Program-made: the position numbers and the translations under genes
Notes under the pieces: generated by a model
The model's database searches: none
What the model was told of the DNA's origin: nothing
The model's input: the letters and a program-made list of their open reading frames with translations, nothing else
Shown: one piece after another, positions 54,820 through 57,841 of the stretch
Layout: the number at the start of each line of letters is the position of its first letter
How positions within the stretch are numbered: position 1 is the first letter of the stretch
IMG/VR virus record: IMGVR_UViG_3300023213_000324
Coordinates: 1-57,841 of that record
Strand: one strand, 5' to 3'
DNA length: 57,841 nucleotides
Source of the DNA: a virus
Lineage: Duplodnaviria > Caudoviricetes

Positions 54820-55729
54820 TTTCCAGATTGCTTACAGGGTTCTGGAGACAGACCTTATCAAACAGACTGACAAGGAGAGGGCGGCTTCGGTCGCCCTCAT
54901 GGTTACAAACGATGATGATGCCAAGAAACTGGCAGGCCATGAGTACTTTGGCTACAAACACATCGATATGATTAATGGTCGGGCTGGAGTCATTACCTAT
55001 CGCGGCGCAGAGATTGTACTTCTGTTCAAGCGGAAGGTAATGGAATTATCGGTAGGCCCGTCTGATCCTGTACCATCGTGTGAGATAAAAGATCCTAACG
55101 ATGTCTGGGTTAGGGTCAATCTTCTCGATCCGAAGGTTCCTTACTTCCAGCGTTCTGAATTAAGCAAAGCGCATCAAGAAGCTGACAGACTTCGTATGCT
55201 TTTGAAAGCCGCAAGAGTGGACTTGAGTGAATCGGCGACGACAGTAAACACTGCTAGGGTTCAGCGAGATGAAGTATCGAAGTTGAATGCCAGGATTAAG
55301 AATCTTGAAAACTCGCTGGAAGCTTATGGGAAAGACTTGGAGGCTGCCAACAACAAAATCCAAACAATTCGACAAGAGAACGAAAATAAAAACGTACAGC
55401 TTGTTCAGGAAGTTCTCCCAAGCTACGACACGGTCAGGATGGCTCTTGAAATAGATCCTGAAAACAAACTCATGCGTGCTTTGAGTAAACAGCTTCAAGC
55501 TATGGTTCGTAGTTATGACTGCGATGTCATTGAGCCGATGCTTTGGACGAAGTTCGATCATAGTCTTCACAACGCTGTACATGGCTACCCTATCAAAGTA
55601 GGTGACCCACGGATAGGTCAGATTGTGAAACTCTCCACCGTTGGTTTGCGAAAAGGTAATCGAGTCATCAAAGCTGCAAATGTCGCTGTTGCTGTTGAAG
55701 AAACATTAGAAGGAGGTAGCGCGTCGTGA
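54809..55729 (+). CDS. GrpE-like nucleotide exchange factor domain protein
   Basis: Coiled coil then EVLPSYDTVRMAL...FDHSLHNAV...GLRKGNRVIKAANVAV. Confidence 0.8.
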   Translation: MATSFQIAYRVLETDLIKQTDKERAASVALMVTNDDDAKKLAGHEYFGYKHIDMINGRAGVITYRGAEIVLLFKRKVMELSVGPSDPVPSCEIKDPNDVWVRVNLLDPKVPYFQRSELSKAHQEADRLRMLLKAARVDLSESATTVNTARVQRDEVSKLNARIKNLENSLEAYGKDLEAANNKIQTIRQENENKNVQLVQEVLPSYDTVRMALEIDPENKLMRALSKQLQAMVRSYDCDVIEPMLWTKFDHSLHNAVHGYPIKVGDPRIGQIVKLSTVGLRKGNRVIKAANVAVAVEETLEGGSAS

Positions 55730-56109
55730 GCTTTACTCAAGTCATGAACGATGTGGTAACTCAGTTAAAAGCGTTAGACCCAAGAATTTTGTCGCGAGAA
55801 CAGAGGAAGTTGCTACAGAATCTTGATGAGACACTCAAAAAATTTGTAGCTTCCCAGACGCCGTTCTATGTCGGCTCGGTTACTGTTGAAGAGGTAATAC
55901 GAGCTGTACGTCCGGAAGCTTTAGAGAAGTGGGATAGGTGGAGTTATAAAATATGCCCACCAATATCCCTTGACGATTCTTCTTATCTGCGCGTTGTGTT
56001 GACAAACAAAGATGGTAGCTACATGACGGTTATCCTGAACCTGCTCGGTGCTCAAGTTGCACTTGAGAATAGAAAAAAGGGGGTGGCCGATGTCCCTGCT
56101 ATCTCATGA
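55726..56109 (+). CDS. Hypothetical protein
   Basis: GGAGG RBS, GTGA overlap. Confidence 0.65.
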   Translation: MSFTQVMNDVVTQLKALDPRILSREQRKLLQNLDETLKKFVASQTPFYVGSVTVEEVIRAVRPEALEKWDRWSYKICPPISLDDSSYLRVVLTNKDGSYMTVILNLLGAQVALENRKKGVADVPAIS

Positions 56110-56914
56110 AGAAAGAGAGAAGCTGAAGCAGGAAGGCTTGTACGTAAAAGAGAAATGTGACAGTTGTGGCAAACCAATTCTGACGCCTATGAAGGCTGTG
56201 AAGGATGGCAAAGATCTTTGTACGGGATTGGGTAGTTGCTACGAACAGATGAAAGCGTCGGGCCAATGGAAAGTTGGGATTCCTAGGAAACAAAAATCAA
56301 ATCAGGAGGAAGCTGGAAGTATGGCTACTACTAAGAAAGAAAGCAGTGGTTCTGGTGGTGCTGAAAAAGTTGGAGGACACTATCGTAAAGGTTCAACGCT
56401 AGCGAACTTTTACGAAGTGCTTTCTGACGAGAAGAAGCATTCCGTCAAGCAGATTCTGAAAACTGCCGGCAAGGACGCCAAGAATCCAATGTTCCTGCTC
56501 AAGGCTTTGAAGAAAGATGGTGAGAAGAAATTCAAAGAGTGGGGCATCGCTATCAACGATGATGAGGTTCAGATGAAGATGGGAAAGTCGGCCGCCGCAG
56601 CTGCTGCCAAGGCTCCGGCCAAGCCTTCCCCCTCCACACCCTCAGCTGGCCAAAAGAATGCGCCAAAACAGCCGCCAGCCACTGCCAAAACAGGCTCTAA
56701 ACAGGCCCCCCAGCCGGTTAGCAAGAGCCTGGCCGCTGTTGTCTCCCTGCTCCGCAAGACCTTGAAGTCGGCCGGCACTTGGACCAAAAACAAGCTGGTC
56801 GAAGAGCTGAAGACGAAAGCTGGTATCGATCAGAAAGAAACGCTGACTGCCTTGAGCCGTGAAATCAATCTTGGCGGAATTATCCAGAAGAAAGGAGTAT
56901 TCTCTCTGGCCTAA
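56090..56914 (+). CDS. Basic K/A/P-rich putative DNA-binding protein with N-terminal Zn finger
   Basis: CDSCGK...C....C; AAAAAAKAPAKP linker; two helical domains. Confidence 0.7.
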   Translation: MSLLSHEEREKLKQEGLYVKEKCDSCGKPILTPMKAVKDGKDLCTGLGSCYEQMKASGQWKVGIPRKQKSNQEEAGSMATTKKESSGSGGAEKVGGHYRKGSTLANFYEVLSDEKKHSVKQILKTAGKDAKNPMFLLKALKKDGEKKFKEWGIAINDDEVQMKMGKSAAAAAAKAPAKPSPSTPSAGQKNAPKQPPATAKTGSKQAPQPVSKSLAAVVSLLRKTLKSAGTWTKNKLVEELKTKAGIDQKETLTALSREINLGGIIQKKGVFSLA

Positions 56915-56915
56915 A

Positions 56916-57106
56916 GTTCCTGTGCACAAGGAACAGGGGAGTAGAGTAACTCACTTTCCTGACTAGACGAAGCTTCGACTTCGTCAGTGAAATCGATGGA
57001 GGCGTCACAACGAGTACGGGCGAGTCTTGCAGCAGTACGGTAGTTTGATGGCTGTAAGTCTGAATGACAACGTACCGTGGCAACAGCCGGTGGTGCCTCC
57101 GTCGAT
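56916..57106 (+). ncRNA. Putative structured non-coding RNA / 5' leader
   Basis: 17-bp stem 56992-57008 / 57090-57106 with three G-U pairs, plus nested and flanking hairpins. Confidence 0.55.
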
Positions 57107-57128
57107 AAAATTCTGAGGAAAAAGAAGA

Positions 57129-57527
57129 ATGAAAAAGATTAAACAAAGTCGTGGTAGAAGAGTCGAACCGAAGACAGTGATGTTCGACAGAGCCGGAACT
57201 ATTCGCATATCTCATGACTTGATTCCACCACATCTGTACTCGAAGAAGATAGCCTTTGTTGTTGGTGTAAAGCCGTTTGCGAAATCTGGTGGAGAAGTAA
57301 CGCTGATACCCATCGAACAAAGTGGCGCAAAGAAGATTTCCTCTGATGGTTATGTAGTGAGAGCGTGGTTTCCTTCCAAGACCAGTAAGAGTCCGCTGGC
57401 CTCTGCTTCGTCAATTCTCAGCTCTCTGTCCATGTCGAAGCCTGAAAAGAAAAAAGTGTATCCGGCTGAAATGGTCAAGTTGAAGAGTGGGATGTGGGCC
57501 ATTCGTTTTTCTGTTTCGTCAGATTGA
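57129..57527 (+). CDS. Hypothetical protein
   Basis: GAGGA RBS; 132 aa. Confidence 0.65.
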   Translation: MKKIKQSRGRRVEPKTVMFDRAGTIRISHDLIPPHLYSKKIAFVVGVKPFAKSGGEVTLIPIEQSGAKKISSDGYVVRAWFPSKTSKSPLASASSILSSLSMSKPEKKKVYPAEMVKLKSGMWAIRFSVSSD

Positions 57528-57542
57528 AAGGAGAAAGATTGT

Positions 57543-57841
57543 ATGTACCAGATTTTAGAAGAACGGTTAAAGAAAGTTGAAAAGCTATCACTCAAACAAG
57601 GAGCGCACTCTCCGGATTCTACTTTCTGCGTAATGGAGGCAGTTGCCTTCGTGGCCGGTGAAAAATGGACGGATTCTCCCGTATGCGCTTGTCCAATCAT
57701 TTCGGCGTTTATGCGTAATTGGAATGATTCGCTATCGAGCGATGCAGATCGCGACCGCCTGCTCAAGCCGCTAATACCCCGGTTAGTGAACACTCGCAAT
57801 GAGAAGTTGGAATTGAGGCGTAGTTTGATGTGCGCTGACTG
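57543..57841 (+). CDS. Conserved phage hypothetical protein, 3'-truncated by window end
   Basis: AAGGAG RBS; GAH....CVMEAVAFVAGEKWTDSPVCACPIISAFMRNWND. Confidence 0.75.
   Translation, partial: MYQILEERLKKVEKLSLKQGAHSPDSTFCVMEAVAFVAGEKWTDSPVCACPIISAFMRNWNDSLSSDADRDRLLKPLIPRLVNTRNEKLELRRSLMCAD

Noticed and set aside
348-57799. Minus-strand ORFs in the six-frame track
   Set aside because: They shadow credible + strand genes or arrays and show no recognisable motifs
1-57841. tRNA or rRNA genes
   Set aside because: No cloverleaf/T-loop GTTCRA signature in a suitable context was recognised in the intergenic gaps

Overview
57.8 kb segment of a large tailed dsDNA phage genome. Essentially all credible genes lie on the + strand, tightly packed, and use the standard code. 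It carries an intein-interrupted terminase large subunit, putative virion/head proteins, a GH73 muramidase, GroES- and GrpE-like chaperone factors and an ECF-type sigma factor. It also has queC/queD/queE 7-deazaguanine genes and a large NDP-sugar/glycosyltransferase/methyltransferase island, including an intein-containing RmlB. The main finding is a TIGR-Tas-like RNA-guided system. One nuclease-less Nop/IS110-C-terminal-like protein (TasA-like, 51327-52265) is accompanied by four dispersed dual-repeat arrays with ~36-37-nt units (2412-2901, 36910-37056, 49383-49584, 52270-52397). Each unit is edge repeat (..TTGTWTCG), 9-nt spacer A, loop repeat (AAWGAWTYG), 9-nt spacer B. Several spacers contain the sigma70 -35 hexamer TTGACA, and two guides partly reconstruct the phage's own two consensus promoters, suggesting RNA-guided promoter binding/repression (inference). 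Other observations: a shared N-terminal/GGPGSG signal across many putative head proteins, a recurrent TTTTGTAHAAT promoter-like motif, structured non-coding RNAs, an exact 192-bp gene duplication, an in-frame TAG in a conserved gene, and a non-canonical QueE cysteine motif. All family calls come from motif recognition by eye; no database searches were run.
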